A DNA stretch of 60,194 nucleotides, the filler included, from Porpidia crustulata (Eukaryota): assembly GCA_964255105.1 (NCBI GenBank). It is 8 parts of 8 records of this genome, joined end to end, with 100 filler letters (N's around TTAATTAATTAA, not from the genome) between each part and the next. Parts side by side here need not be neighbours in the genome. Positions count along the whole stretch, not along the records: positions 1 to 7,448 come from CAXUWE010001320.1; positions 7,549 to 14,994 come from CAXUWE010001321.1; 6 more parts are not named here. The stretch is one strand, 5' to 3'. Positions 1-11,794 of the stretch are shown piece by piece. Position numbers and translations under genes: made by a program. Under the pieces are notes generated by a model. That model was not told the origin of the DNA, ran no database searches, and worked only from the letters and a program-made list of their open reading frames with translations. The first letter of the stretch is position 1. The number at the start of each line of letters is the position of its first letter.

Positions 1-230
1 GGACCGTGGGACCTGCGTGGTGGTGTGTATTTGGGGTGGGTTAGTGCTTTGATAGAATGGTGGAGTCCTCCGTTGTTAAAGGGGGATTTGATAGAAGATA
101 TACTTTAGAAGATATTCGGAGTGAAATGTACAAGGGATGGAAGCGTCAATGATAGCCTTCGAGGGCTAAATTTGTTTTTTCTCAATTCTTATGTGGCTGC
201 TATCGAGCAGCAATAAAAAGAGAATGCCAT

Positions 231-3200
231 CTATCCGTTAAACCTGAACCTTGTCGCCTCCAGCCTACCTAGCCCTTCCCTGGGTGCTACGTTTCTCCTC
301 CGATATGAGTTGGTGAAATCTAGACAGCAAGGTATCGTTAGCAACATTGCATAAAGAGACCGTCCCAAAAGAGAAGCTATGTATTAGAGCGTACCTTGTA
401 ACAGTACCCTGACCTTCCGCAAGTCTCCCAGCTGAATCTTTTGCCCGATAGCCGCCATCAACCTCTCCCCTTCGCCCTGCTTTACTGTTCCCGGCGGTAG
501 CATCTGAATCGTGGCACCTATCCAGCCCGCTACTTCCTCCGGCATAATTTCGAGAAGCACAAGTAACACCCCGCTCGCGTCTGGGAAACAGTCACGCGGG
601 AAGTGAAACATCATTCCCGTCATTGTTCTCTGCACTAGCGACTCCCCTTGGCTTGCTACAAGGCGCTTGACTGCTTGCTGAGCCTGAGGCGAATTCTGTT
701 GGGATTGCTGGGAGTCTTGCTCGTCGGTGAAGGCCGAGGAGTTGGGATGCGAGGTGCCGTAGGAAAGGAAGTCCCGCAGGAAGTGGAGGGTAGCAGTTAG
801 CGGCGCGTCTTGCTGAAGGGATAGGGCACTGATAGAAGCGGAGATGATGGGTCCACAGATTGGGGCAGGGAGGAGTTGTTGATGGTAGTAGATTAAGGCA
901 TCGATTATGAGCCGGAAGAAATCCTCAATAACTGCACGTATAGTATCAGCAAACACTACATACACTATACATAGATCGAATGGAAATGTGAGGCTTACCG
1001 TCAGGAAGATCGGTAGGGGGAAGGTCATTCATGATACGTAGAAATGCAAGAGCCTGTTGTTCGAAGAAGTTGTAAATTGCATGTGAGGTAGCTGGATCGA
1101 CAAACTCTGCCCCTCTCGCGAATTCTCGCAGGACAGAATCCGTTGCCCATAGGAAACATCCTTGGCGAGAATTCTCGAACCCGGAAGCAAGCTGTTGAGC
1201 TAAGGTTGGCAGTAGAGGAAGTACGGCCGTTCTGTACGAGAGAACCATAGATCGCCAACATCGGCAGACTCGTTCTAGAACGGGTATCGAGTTGGTGAAA
1301 TTCTCAGCGATTGCGGACATGACCGGTAGGATTTCATGGCAATATTTAACAGCTGGATTCTCCTCTTTTGGTGATACGTATGGTTGAATGTTCCGAACAA
1401 ATAGTGTCAAGAGTTGCAAGTAATCAGCAATAGCCAATTTTGACTTCTCGTCCCCGGCGTTCTTGGCTTCGTTGGCACAGGACATCATTCTCTTAATGAT
1501 AGGGTCACAGTATAGCTTGAACATTGGGTATATCTTATCCAGAGGTTGAGCCGAGATAACACATGCCACGCCCTCAGTAATCTCTTCTTGACTTCCCTGT
1601 GGAAGTTTGTCCAGGACAGATTCGTAAAAGGTGTGAAGCTGAGTTACATGGTCTGTGAGAAGTTTTCTACAATCTGTCCCAAAGAAGCGGAAGGCAAGCG
1701 CGGCAGCTCTTACAACTTCCGTTGATTCATGCTGGAACCCAGCAATAACAAAATTCAATTGCGGTTGGAGAAATTGTGGATGCTGAGCAGTCCACTCGGT
1801 ATACCTTCCGAGTGCCATTATAGCTTGGAAGCGTAACTTCTCGTGGTCCGGTATTTGTACGATGAGTGGTATCACTTGGTGGAGAACCGTGCTCTCTTCT
1901 GGAGATACGTTTCGCCCCATTGCTCGCATACTGAATAACGGAGCCTCAAGTTCCTGCCAGTGAGAGACGCTAGTGCTTGTGGCTTGTCCTCCCCATACGG
2001 ATATCCATTGTTGAATGAGTTTGAAAGCTTTGCCTAGGCAGACCTCAACGGTGATGACATCGCAGCAGTCTTTCAGCACATCCCCCATTTGATGCCTGAA
2101 TCCTCGGAATCTCTCCTCTTGCTCTCGATCGCCATCGAATAGATCTGTCTCGTTTGAATCTTGTAAAGTCGGGAATTCCAGATGCTTGATCATGACATCC
2201 ACGAGTTTTTCAAAGACGTCGGCATATCGATTACGTGCTGCTTTATACTTCTCTAGTGTCACCATTTGTTTGAATTCGTACCAGAAGATGAATGTCAATG
2301 AAATTGCATCTCGATCGCGATCCCTGGCACAGCATTCCAGAATTGCTTCCACAAGCCCTCTAAACTCAGCGGGTAGTCGAGCAATCATGACGACCCAGGC
2401 TTCACCGGCTTCAGCAAATAGTCTTGTTATACCTTTGTAGATTTCCTGATCTTCTGATTCGGCAACGTCTTGTATTCTAGGTTGCAACGATAGAACACGG
2501 GGGTAGATTATCTGGATCAGTTCAATGGACTCATCTACTTCCCGAGTATCCCTAATTATTGTGCATATGCAATCGGTTGCAGCTTCGAAGGATGCTTCTA
2601 TGGATAGAGCATTTATGACAGTGTCAAAGAGTGGAGAATTAACAATATCAGCAGCTGGGATTTCGCGGAGCCAAGAAGATATACACTCGAAAAGATGCGG
2701 ATTCGAAGCCGCAATAGCTGTTTACCAATTAGTCTCAAGCCCACTTGGTACGCATGACTGTAGAAAGATGAAGGATATGGAACCCACGGGAAGATTGAGA
2801 GTACTGGATTAGAAGCCGTCGGACCTGAGAGGCATTGTCTTCCAACAGTTCTTTCGTTCTGCTCATTAGATCATCTTCCTGATGACACGCGACGGCATTA
2901 GTCACTCTGTTTCAAACAACCTGACTTCTATCACCGATTCTTGGGTTCTTGGAGGCCTGCATACCGATAAATTGATCTTTCGCCCCTCAATAACTTCTTC
3001 TGGTAAGACCCTAAGAAACTCCAGAACACAATCCAAAGCGCTATTTCCAAGTGTTGAGCCCACGAGCTGAAGCACATTTTTCCATTCTATCATCTGAATT
3101 GCTAGGTTTGCGAGACATACACATAATTGTGTTCTGACTGGTCTCGGGCCTTCACGGAAAGTATTCAGGAGTCCAAGGATGGTATCGCGTAACGCTGGTA

Positions 3201-3571
3201 AAGATTCTCGAGGAAGTTGATCAAGATCATAGGTGATCTGGAAGAATGAGTATGTTGATCTCGTTGTCCGGGGTTTCGGGATGGAGTATTTACTTTTCCC
3301 TTAAGTGTTGTCGCGGCAAATAATTTGGCTTCGGCAGTGGCTCCAGTAGATGACAAGATGGAGTTCGTAGATATCCAAGCATCAGGCTACCGTGTGGAGC
3401 AAGTCAGCACGATCTTACTGAAGCTGGCAATAACTAGACTGTACATACAGACTTTTGGAATTTCTCAAGATACTCATGTGCTTGCGATTTCTCTGACCGA
3501 TCCCCATGGCTTTGCATAGTTGCCAAAGCCGCAAGTACAGGCGTAAAGTCGCCCGACCCCGTCGAGGCCAT
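231..3571 (-). CDS. MTR10: Transportin-SR / mRNA transport regulator Mtr10 (importin-beta family), multi-exon
   Basis: Spliced ORFs (GT-AG introns) start MASTGSGDFTPVLAALATMQ...AHEYLEKFQK, include KLFAATTLKGK, LEFLRVLPEEV, FRHQMGDVLKDCC and WQELEAPLFSMRAMGR, and end DFTNSYRRRNVAPREGLGRLEATRFRFNG*. Confidence 0.92.
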
Positions 3572-3998
3572 CTTGTAAGGACAGGGGAGGGGGACACTGG
3601 ACCTGAAGGTTGCAAGTCTTTCAAAAGATAAATGGGCGTCTCAAATATCCAATAGTCAACGGCATATCAGAAAGCCCGGGCAGGACTAAGAGAAGGGAGA
3701 ATCTCTTTGGTCTTGTATGGTGGAGATTCTGTGTCAGGGTGTCGTTTAGTTGATGCGCATCGTCAGAGGCGTCCAAATGCGGCTCATAGGGCTCCCTGCG
3801 GTGGAACTTTCTTCAGCCCGCCGACAACAGGCCTTGTTTAGAATCACCAAAAACACCCTTCTTCGTCATATAAGCTCCTTTTAAGAACCATCAAAGAGTA
3901 ACAGACTATCTTTCGCGGACTTTGCGGTACTGCCGTGCTACGGTCAGCACTGCTAAGACTATCTCCATTCGTGTCTTTGTGCACAAGCAACATAAGCG

Positions 3999-4399
3999 AT
4001 GGCTGGTCGAGGAGGTGGTGGGAGAGGGAAGGTCCTTTTGCCTCCAATCAACTTTATTTTCAAACTTCTACAGCAGCATTCAACGGTCTCAATATGGTTG
4101 TTCGAACAACTGGCAATTAGAATAGAGGGAAAAATTAGGGTCAGTGGTCTTGGGGTTAAGGATCTTGATTAGACGTGCTCACAAATTCGTGCTTTAGGGC
4201 TTCGACGAATTCATGAACCTGGTGATCGATGATGCGGTGGAGGTGAAGCAACCCACAAAGGCAGATCCCGAAGAAAAGCGACGGGAATTAGGTACAGCGC
4301 TGCTTCAGATCACAGTGTACATTTGATATGCTGACAATTATCATAGGTCAGATTTTACTGAAGGGGGATAACGTATCTCTCATTCAAGCCCTCCAATAA
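3999..4399 (+). CDS. SME1: Small nuclear ribonucleoprotein Sm E (3 exons)
   Basis: Hand-spliced: MAGRGGGGRGKVLLPPINFIFKLLQQHSTVSIWLFEQLAIRIEGKIR|GFDEFMNLVIDDAVEV...ELG|QILLKGDNVSLIQALQ*; Sm1/Sm2 motifs; not in the ORF track. Confidence 0.95.
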
Positions 4400-4520
4400 A
4401 ATGTCGTTGGCAACTATTCCTAGGTCAAACTCATACTCAAGCTTCAGCGAGGCGCAATGGAGATACCACAAAAGCATATTGCCGTTCTGTATCAATCGCT
4501 TGACTTACACTTGGTACTCA

Positions 4521-5369
4521 TTATTTTCGAATCAACGAACCATCGCCTCCAATCAAGGCATCTAAGTGCCAATCGGAAGTATCCATGGGGACCTCGTTAT
4601 TTTCCAGAAGCTGTTCTTCAAATGCTAGTCCAACTGTAAAGTAGCTGATTAGACTGGATGGAAAGATAAAGCAACGGAACAAGCCGTCCTACCAAGGAAG
4701 GGCATCTGCTTCGGCTCCTCATTCTCCGTAAACCTCGTTTGATGATATCGGTGCAGAAAGAAATCGTAGAAACCCTTTCCATGCCCAAGTCTTGCGAGGC
4801 CTTTATCAAAAGCTACACCGGGCATGATAATCATATCAAGATCTTCAATTTCGTTCGAGGTACTTGACTTTATGTCCAAGGCAGTTCTATGGGCGCCGAG
4901 GCATCTGCGTCTCTTCGATATAGTTGCATTGCTAGGGGTGGGAATGCCCCAAGAGTCGGGTTTAAGAGCCTTGTAATCTGCCAATGAGTGTAAAGAAACC
5001 ATGTCCATGACCGATTTTGGTCCTTCAGTTGGAGAATTTTCTACTCTGTAAATATATGGTATGAAAACGTCCTTTCCTTTCCCAAGAGCATCATGAACAA
5101 TTCCATCCGTAGAGACTTCCGCTCCTGGCATTGAGAGATAGATACTTATACGACGGGCTTTGTCGTATTCTGGTAAAGAAAACAGAGAGTTTGCAATATA
5201 ATGGGCTGATCAATGGAGCACATCGAATCAGCAAGAAACTGCCATAAATCTTATGAATCTACAAACATTGCTTGCTGATAGAGTCTCCGGACAGCCTTGA
5301 GAGTCGATGCTTCATGGCAGCTCTTACTTCTTTCTTCAATGATCGAAGGGCCAACATCTCGGTGGGCAT
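4521..5369 (-). CDS. FAU1: 5-formyltetrahydrofolate cyclo-ligase (3 exons)
   Basis: Motif DMIIMPGVAFDKGLARLGHGKGFYD; first exon MPTEMLALRSLKKEVRAAMKHRL; last exon VGLAFEEQLL...VPMDTSDWHLDALI. Confidence 0.9.
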
Positions 5370-5669
5370 TGCAACAACGTCGAATATATAATCAGGTATG
5401 GCCGCACTAGCTGGAAATGTCACTTGAGATGTGGCTGGATCTCAATGAGATGGGTAGATTGAACATTTGAGATCACAGATCAATTTCACTGTAGATGAGA
5501 ATGTTGTTATATCATTCAAAATTCTGATCTCGATCTCGGAATTTAGTGGATGTACCCAGGCACGCCAGGCTCGTTTTTGATCTTCGGAGACAAAAAACTA
5601 GGTTTATCATAGGCCGGAATCCTAGCTCCTCTGTCCGATGATTAAACCTAGCCTGACACCCTGAGTAAT

Positions 5670-5691
5670 GAAAGAAAGAAAGAAAGAAAGA
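5670..5691. repeat. (GAAA)n microsatellite
   Basis: gaaagaaagaaagaaagaaaga abutting the foldback element. Confidence 0.8.
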
Positions 5692-6040
5692 ATTCACTAA
5701 ATTTAAATAATGCTGAAAATATCCTTATTTGATGATTTAATTATTTGACTCCTTGGCGGCTTGACTTACTGATCGCTAGGCTGTTTATTACCTGTTCAAT
5801 TGTAATTATCTGACTGCTTGACTGCTAGACTGATTAATTGCAAGACTGCCTGACTGCGTGACTCCTGAACTGTTCAGATGCTGAATTGTTTAACTCTTTA
5901 GTTGAACAGTCAAGCAGTCAAGTTTTCAGTAGTTAAGTAATGAAATAACTAATGTACAGATTGACGATCAGGCAGTCAAGCAGTCAAGCAGGCAGATAAT
6001 TAAATAACCAAGGATATTTCTCATTAAATTCGCTAAATTC
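5690..6040. mobile_element. Degenerate foldback/MITE-like element
   Basis: AT-rich, non-coding, imperfect inverted arms: 5803-5832 vs reverse complement of 5973-6002 (28/30); AAATATCCTT 5717-5726 vs AAGGATATTT 6010-6019; internal GACTGCTT/AAGCAGTC 8-mer repeats; no TSD found. Confidence 0.6.
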
Positions 6041-6117
6041 CGCCGTCGGCATTACGAGGTAGCGCCTCGCCCTCTTGAAGATCTGAGTACAACTTCATCA
6101 ACTCATACTGTCACCCA

Positions 6118-7104
6118 ATGTTTATCTCCTTAGGAGCGCTGTTGTTTGCCAGCGCTATCTTCATTTCGGCAACGACTTCACAAAGCACAACGAAGCTGAC
6201 CGGAACATGGACGACCAAGTCGCGGCAGGTCATCACTGGACCGGTAGGCACTCCTTGATGCTGTCTCTGGACAGAATGACTGGCACCATGAGAGAATGAG
6301 AGGTCGATTAAAGAGCTGCTACATCAGCTAACAGCATGTCCAGGGCTTCTACGACCCTGTGAACGAGAAAATGTTTGAGCCATCATTGACGGGGTTTTCT
6401 TATTCCTTTACCGACGATGGCTACTACGAAGTAGCATACTATCGAGCAATTTCAAATCGTCTGTCTCTAGTATTTCAAACCCATTCAAATAAATTTCTAA
6501 TTAGCTTTGCAGCTAAAAACCCATCATGCCCTCAAGGAATAATACAATGGCAGCATGGCACCTTCAGTGCACCGTCAAATGGATCCCTGGTGCTCACTCC
6601 ATTCGGTGTTGATGGCCGTCAACTGCTATCGAATCCTTGCCAATTCCAGAACTCGGTGTACACTCGCTACAACCAAAGCGAGCTTTTCAGGGTAAGTCGC
6701 GCTTGATCTCTCGCTTCCAATGATGACGCGCCAAGACCACATACTGATCTATTGCATAGAGCTACGAAGTGGTCACCGATTCTTATAGCAAAGCCCAACG
6801 CCTCAACCTTTTCGCCTTTGATGGAGCCCCATTAAATCCACTCTATCAAGCCTACAAACCCCCCATAATGCTCCCAACACAGACTCTCAACCCCACCACC
6901 GCAGCCTCAACCGGAGGCAGTACCGCTACGGCCTCAAGCACCAGCAAAGCCAAAAGAAGCTTATTCGACGGCGATGCGGACTTGGGAGGTCCACTGAACC
7001 GCAACGCTCTGATCAAGAGGAAAGAGCCGGTCAATGCAGGCAAGTGGTGGTGGATCGGCGCAGGGATGACCGCGATTGGCGGTGTTGGATTCCTTTGCTT
7101 TTAA
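6118..7104 (+). CDS. ROT1: ER chaperone Rot1 (multi-exon)
   Basis: Signal peptide, LTGTWTTKSRQVITGP|GFYDPVNEKMFEPSLTGFSYSFTDDGYYEVAYYRA, QWQHG, DGRQLLSNPC, PPIMLPTQTLNP, C-terminal TM KWWWIGAGMTAIGGVGFLCF. Confidence 0.93.
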
Positions 7105-7448
7105 TCGAGGCGAGAAGCATCGGTGTTCTATATAGATAATGTCGCGAGGGGAGATCTGGGCATGGATTGGCGTCTCGGAGTACATGTTGTCTTAGATACA
7201 CTCCCCCGTACATAGCCTGACCCTGACTATTATACGAGCTGATCTGCAACTTACTTGTTTTGAAAGCTTGCAATTTTGACCAGCGTGTGAAATCTCCGTG
7301 ACCTCAATCCCGCCTTCCATGCAATTTAAACCCATCGGCTGATCCCCCAAGCCCTCTGCGCCACTTTTCCCATGGCCAGCACAAGTCCGCCACACCAAAC
7401 GTATACTTGCGTTCCGTAAATTTTCTCTCTCATCAACAATCCATCATC

Positions 7449-7548
7449 NNNNNNNNNNNNNNNNNNNNNNNNNNNNNNNNNNNNNNNNNNNNTTAATTAA
7501 TTAANNNNNNNNNNNNNNNNNNNNNNNNNNNNNNNNNNNNNNNNNNNN
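7449..7548. other. Artificial contig linker
   Basis: 44N+TTAATTAATTAA+44N (stop codons in all six frames). Confidence 0.98.
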
Positions 7549-8231
7549 CCCCCCACCTCCCCAGCTCAACCACTCATCGCCTCATTAGCAAAAATTCATC
7601 GCTCCCAACCCCACATCAGGATCAGCGCGCCAACAACGCCCCAGGGATACAACCGTCGAAGGATCCGAGAGGATGGGAGCAGACGACGCGGTAGATATAG
7701 GGGCGGGTTGCCCAGAGCAGGCGTAACGGAAATCACAAGGCTGTGAACGAGCTGAGATGGTTTGGATCGAGAAATCGCATTCGTGGTTTACGTTGATGTG
7801 GATCTTTCATCCTCGCTTTTTGTTAATGGCGCTTCGTTGAGTAGATACTGATATCATTGAGCGCTGGTTGATAATTTCGGATTCTATTAGACTGGCTCTA
7901 CTTGAAGTTCTATTGCTTATTTAACGTTAATTGAATTGAGAATTTTTATCGCTTTAGATCTTTTTCTCGTACATTTTGTCCGCTGGGTACTTAATATTAC
8001 GGGTCAAAAGCGGCAATGGCCGAAGAGGAACAAAGAAAGATGTATTCTGAAAAGCGACGTAAACAATGCGTACAGGCCGGAATAAGGGAAGGGTCTCTGA
8101 CTGACTCCATAAATCAAGGAGATCAAGATGCAGCTCCAATATTTCCAGGTATCCTACTGTTGGAAGCCTCTATTGTTGATATTATTTTTGATGGCGATTC
8201 GATGTCGAAGCTAATTCGTAGCTTGAAGCGT

Positions 8232-8672
8232 CTAGTCTCTCTGTTCAATTCGCTGCGGCTTGAAAAAGAGACCGAGCCTGGAGATGAAGTAGCTCCCGAG
8301 GCCGTACACGGTTGCAGCAGCAAATACAATGATCTATCTTAGCATCAGTATTAGTACCATATCTTCAGCGTTCAAGGAAAATATAATAAGGATAGTCCAT
8401 GCACATGCTCACCCCGCCATGTACCCCTTTCTTCGCTCACCAAAGGCCGACTGAAAACTAGGATCAGTAGACCGATGACGAAAAGTAACATGCTAACATT
8501 AAGGAGCATCATCGGTGTCTGCCATATGAAGTGTTGCAATTGAACTTTCTGTGTAGCGCTCCGAATGCCCCAACCTCAAGGAGAAACTTAGCAGAGTACG
8601 CAGATCTGTAAGCCCATTAGGACGAGAACTTAGCCGCAGGAGGGCATTGTTCTGCTGCAGTGCAGTGATGAT
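8232..8672 (-). pseudogene. 5'-truncated, frameshifted fragment of an uncharacterised fungal membrane protein
   Basis: IITALQQNNALLRLSSRPNGLTDLRTLL, frameshift, QLQHFIWQTPMMLLNVSMLLFVIGLLILVFSRPL, probable intron, IIVFAAATVYGLGSYFISRLGLF; no upstream start (TAG shortly before). Confidence 0.5.
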
Positions 8673-8875
8673 CTCTCTCCTAGATAATGTGCCTCCTGCC
8701 TAACTTCAGTCAGATGACCACTAGGCAGAATGCTTTTGATCAAGCATCTAGCCACAGCCATCTCCTCCTAATCCCTATCCAGATTCGACAAGACCCCGCA
8801 GGGAAGGGTGGTAAGTGAGTCCCAATAAGGAAGACGCAGGATATGATAAACCCATGTAATGAGGCTCCAATGACT

Positions 8876-11452
8876 CTAGACTATGCTGATCATAAATCGA
8901 TCGAACCTTTTCGGAACGAAATCCAGATCCTTCCCACTCCAATTCGAGGGAACTATATCATCAAGCCCAATTGCATCTGCCTTTTGTTCTTCGTACGCAG
9001 CTTCCTCCAGATCCTGATTTCCTAAATCGCATAAGAAAAGCGCGACCATTTCTTCCTCCAACCTGCAGGTGCCACATCTCCTGAACTGGCCCCTTTCAGT
9101 TCCGGTCGGTTCCAACATTAGACCAACCATTTCGTCGATTTCTGGTGGCTCATCGCCATACCGCCTGTCAACAAGGTTGAAAGTAAGCAAAGGCATAAAA
9201 TATAATTCAGGTCGCTCGGAGATGTCGCGGTCGTCATCGAGTCGTCCTCTCGTCCCAAAAGGTTCCCTTGTTTTCCAAGTATTGAAAGATAGGAAAAACT
9301 CGCGGTCTATGAACGGGTTCTCTCGTTCTTCCGAGTGCGAGATGGTCTGTGCTTTTGGGTCGACCACAATTCGTAAGGGCTCGAGATCTGATTCATCGTT
9401 TGAGGCTCCCTTCCCTGGAACTATGGCTACTCTAAGTAATGGTGTCTCAATTGTCAATGCACTCGCTTTTACTGAATCAAAAGGGTCATTTTGGAAGATG
9501 GTGTCGATGGTCAGAACCGAGACTGGTGAGCGAGATTTTTGGGGTCGACTTTTCCGACTTATATGTCGCCAATTGAAGTTGGGTTCGATGGTACCGTCCA
9601 TTGACGCCCACGACCAAGTAGGTGCCCGATATTCTGGCGTTCTGTGTGCTGAAGAGGAAGCCGACCAGCTCAATTGGTCGATAATGTAAGATCCCCACAT
9701 ACCAGCGACGTATGTAGCGGCATTTGGATGTTTCTGGGACAGTACTCTCGCCAGGGCAGACACTGCTATGAGCTTATCCGAAAGGTGGCTCAGACCGCGC
9801 GTTAAATACTCGCCTACAATGGAACTCCAAATCTCAAGGAACCTTTGCTTGACGATTCCATCATTTGATCCAAGCGAGATTTTCGAAAGTTCGGTATCAT
9901 ACCGCGCTGGAACGCCTTTCGGGAAGCTTTCTGAAGCTTTTGTCTCATGGCATTCCCAGAATATTTGATCTCTAGCAAAATGCATAGTTCGGTTAGACAA
10001 GAACCATTCTTGATGAACCCAAGCGCGTTTGCTCAAAGGCGCCATTCTAATTTGATCAATCCATTCCGCGTCACTGTAGCAATGATATTTTCCGGCTGGG
10101 ATGAGCGGATGCCCCTCCCGGACATCAGCAACGCAGGTTTGGGTGGTCAATGGTCTTCTCCCTCGAAATAGACCCTGGCTTGAATTCGAGGAGGAGGTAG
10201 CCGCGATGTTGGCATAGGCATTAGAGTAAATCTGCCACATCTTTGCAGCTTCAGCCTTCCAGTCTTCTTTGTCGTCTTGGATAATGCAGAGAGAGTCAAT
10301 CCAGACATATCGGATTTCAAGAGAGCGAGAGACCAAGATCATGTCCGTGAAGGTTCGTGGTAGTTCGTTTAATGGAATCCGGTGCTTCAGAGCAGAGATA
10401 TTCTGCCGCGTAAGCTGCGAAGCCATTGGCACCTCTGAATTACCCCAACAATGACTGAGGGTCAGGTATCTCGGGAAAGATAGTAATTCTTTAGACTCTA
10501 TTAGATGCACAAAATCCGGGTCTTTGTTTGCTAGACTCACGTCAATGAGATGAGTCGGGAGGAATTGTATGTCCTGATCAGTATCTTGCGTGGGGTTTGT
10601 ACAATTATGTAACGTGTCACATATATGTGACCATTCACCTAGATAGTTGTGGTCGTTGGGTGAGGTCGTGGTATCCAGTGCAAGTTGAGGCTCTTCCAAA
10701 GACCTCGTCAACTGGCTTCTCGCTGGGCAGCGTCAGCAAAAACGCTCTGAGGGGACCCATCTCCACCCACTATCTATGGCCTCTATAGTGATCAAATTAC
10801 TAGTCGTGGTACGGGGAGCGAGTCCCTCCCCGCCTAAGCTCATCACGTAATACGAAAACCGCACCCCGTACACGTCCTTTGCTCGGGTAAATTCAACAAA
10901 GTCATAATGTCCCGGAATTAACTCGGTAGTAACAAAAGAGGTATCCAATGATCTATTCAGCAGGAAGCACATTGGACATTTTCTGGCAGATCGTTCGAGC
11001 ATTCGACCGTCCCAATGGCTGTAATAGAGTCCCTTCTCAAACCTTGTCATTGGGGAGACAAAGCTCCCATTGCCATCGAAAATTCGGCGGCATGGTTTGC
11101 AGAAATTTGTATTGAAATTTGACATTGTCAGGTCTCTTTTTGAACGAGAAGCGCTTGTTTCGTATTTTTTCTTTACCGTATGCGCTAATGCCTTCGCGAA
11201 TTGCTCTGAAAGGGGCGGGACCGCTGGACGAGGCCCATTCTTGTCGATACGGTCGTTTCTTGCCTGAAGTGCTAAGCCTTTCTTATTCTGAGTCTCCATG
11301 AAATCATACTTGTATTTGACGTTGGAATCAGTCCAGAAAGTATGTTGATAAAGCTCTTCTATCACCTCTTGCAACTGTGCCCGGGCATCTATCGGCTTGG
11401 TCGTTTCGTTGAGGTTTCCTGGCTTGTCTATCTGATCGATTTCGGGATCCAT
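8876..11452 (-). CDS. HET-domain (heterokaryon incompatibility) protein with intact motifs, 2 exons
   Basis: ORFs 10733-11452 and 8876-10711 are joined by a GTGGGT...GCTGAC...CAG intron; motifs LPTHLIDV, YLTLSHCWG, YVWIDSLCIIQDD-DW-EA-M-IYSNA, PLSKRAWVHQE, QIFWEC, YRAPTWSWAS. Confidence 0.93.
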
Positions 11453-11613
11453 ATTTCGTACTTAAGTCCACCGCAGATGGACCATATCAGATACTAGTCA
11501 TTTCACATACTCGAAAAAGCTAGTCTAACTGTCAATTCGACAATGATTTATGCTTCAAAGGTTCAAAAGAGCGCTCGGTAATGTTCGGCTGCCTGACTAA
11601 GATTTGTCGTCGG

Positions 11614-11621
11614 TGACGTCA
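11614..11621. promoter_or_regulatory. Palindromic CRE/ATF-type site TGACGTCA in the bidirectional HET promoter
   Basis: Perfect palindrome almost at the midpoint of the 342-bp intergenic region between the two divergent ATGs; TGTTTAC follows at 11623-11629. Confidence 0.35.
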
Positions 11622-11794
11622 TTGTTTACGTTCGGGGACTTTTGGCGCTTTTCTTGCATAACAAGGTATGATAATCAAGAGGGATTGATCATTTTTGAAA
11701 GAACAACGATACATCTATGAACTTTCTACCCTGAGATCCAAACGTTCGTTCGCATAACGTACTGAAGCACGCCTACTCTCGTCTTCTTTACAAG

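Noticed and set aside
7371..7726. Possible short exons either side of the first linker (MASTSPPHQ...; QKFIAPNP...CPEQA*)
   Set aside because: Too short to identify, and they lie on different contigs
9069..9689. 206-aa plus-strand ORF, and similar antisense ORFs at 49421-50053, 57068-57895 and 44430-45005
   Set aside because: Antisense shadows of real genes with no recognisable motifs
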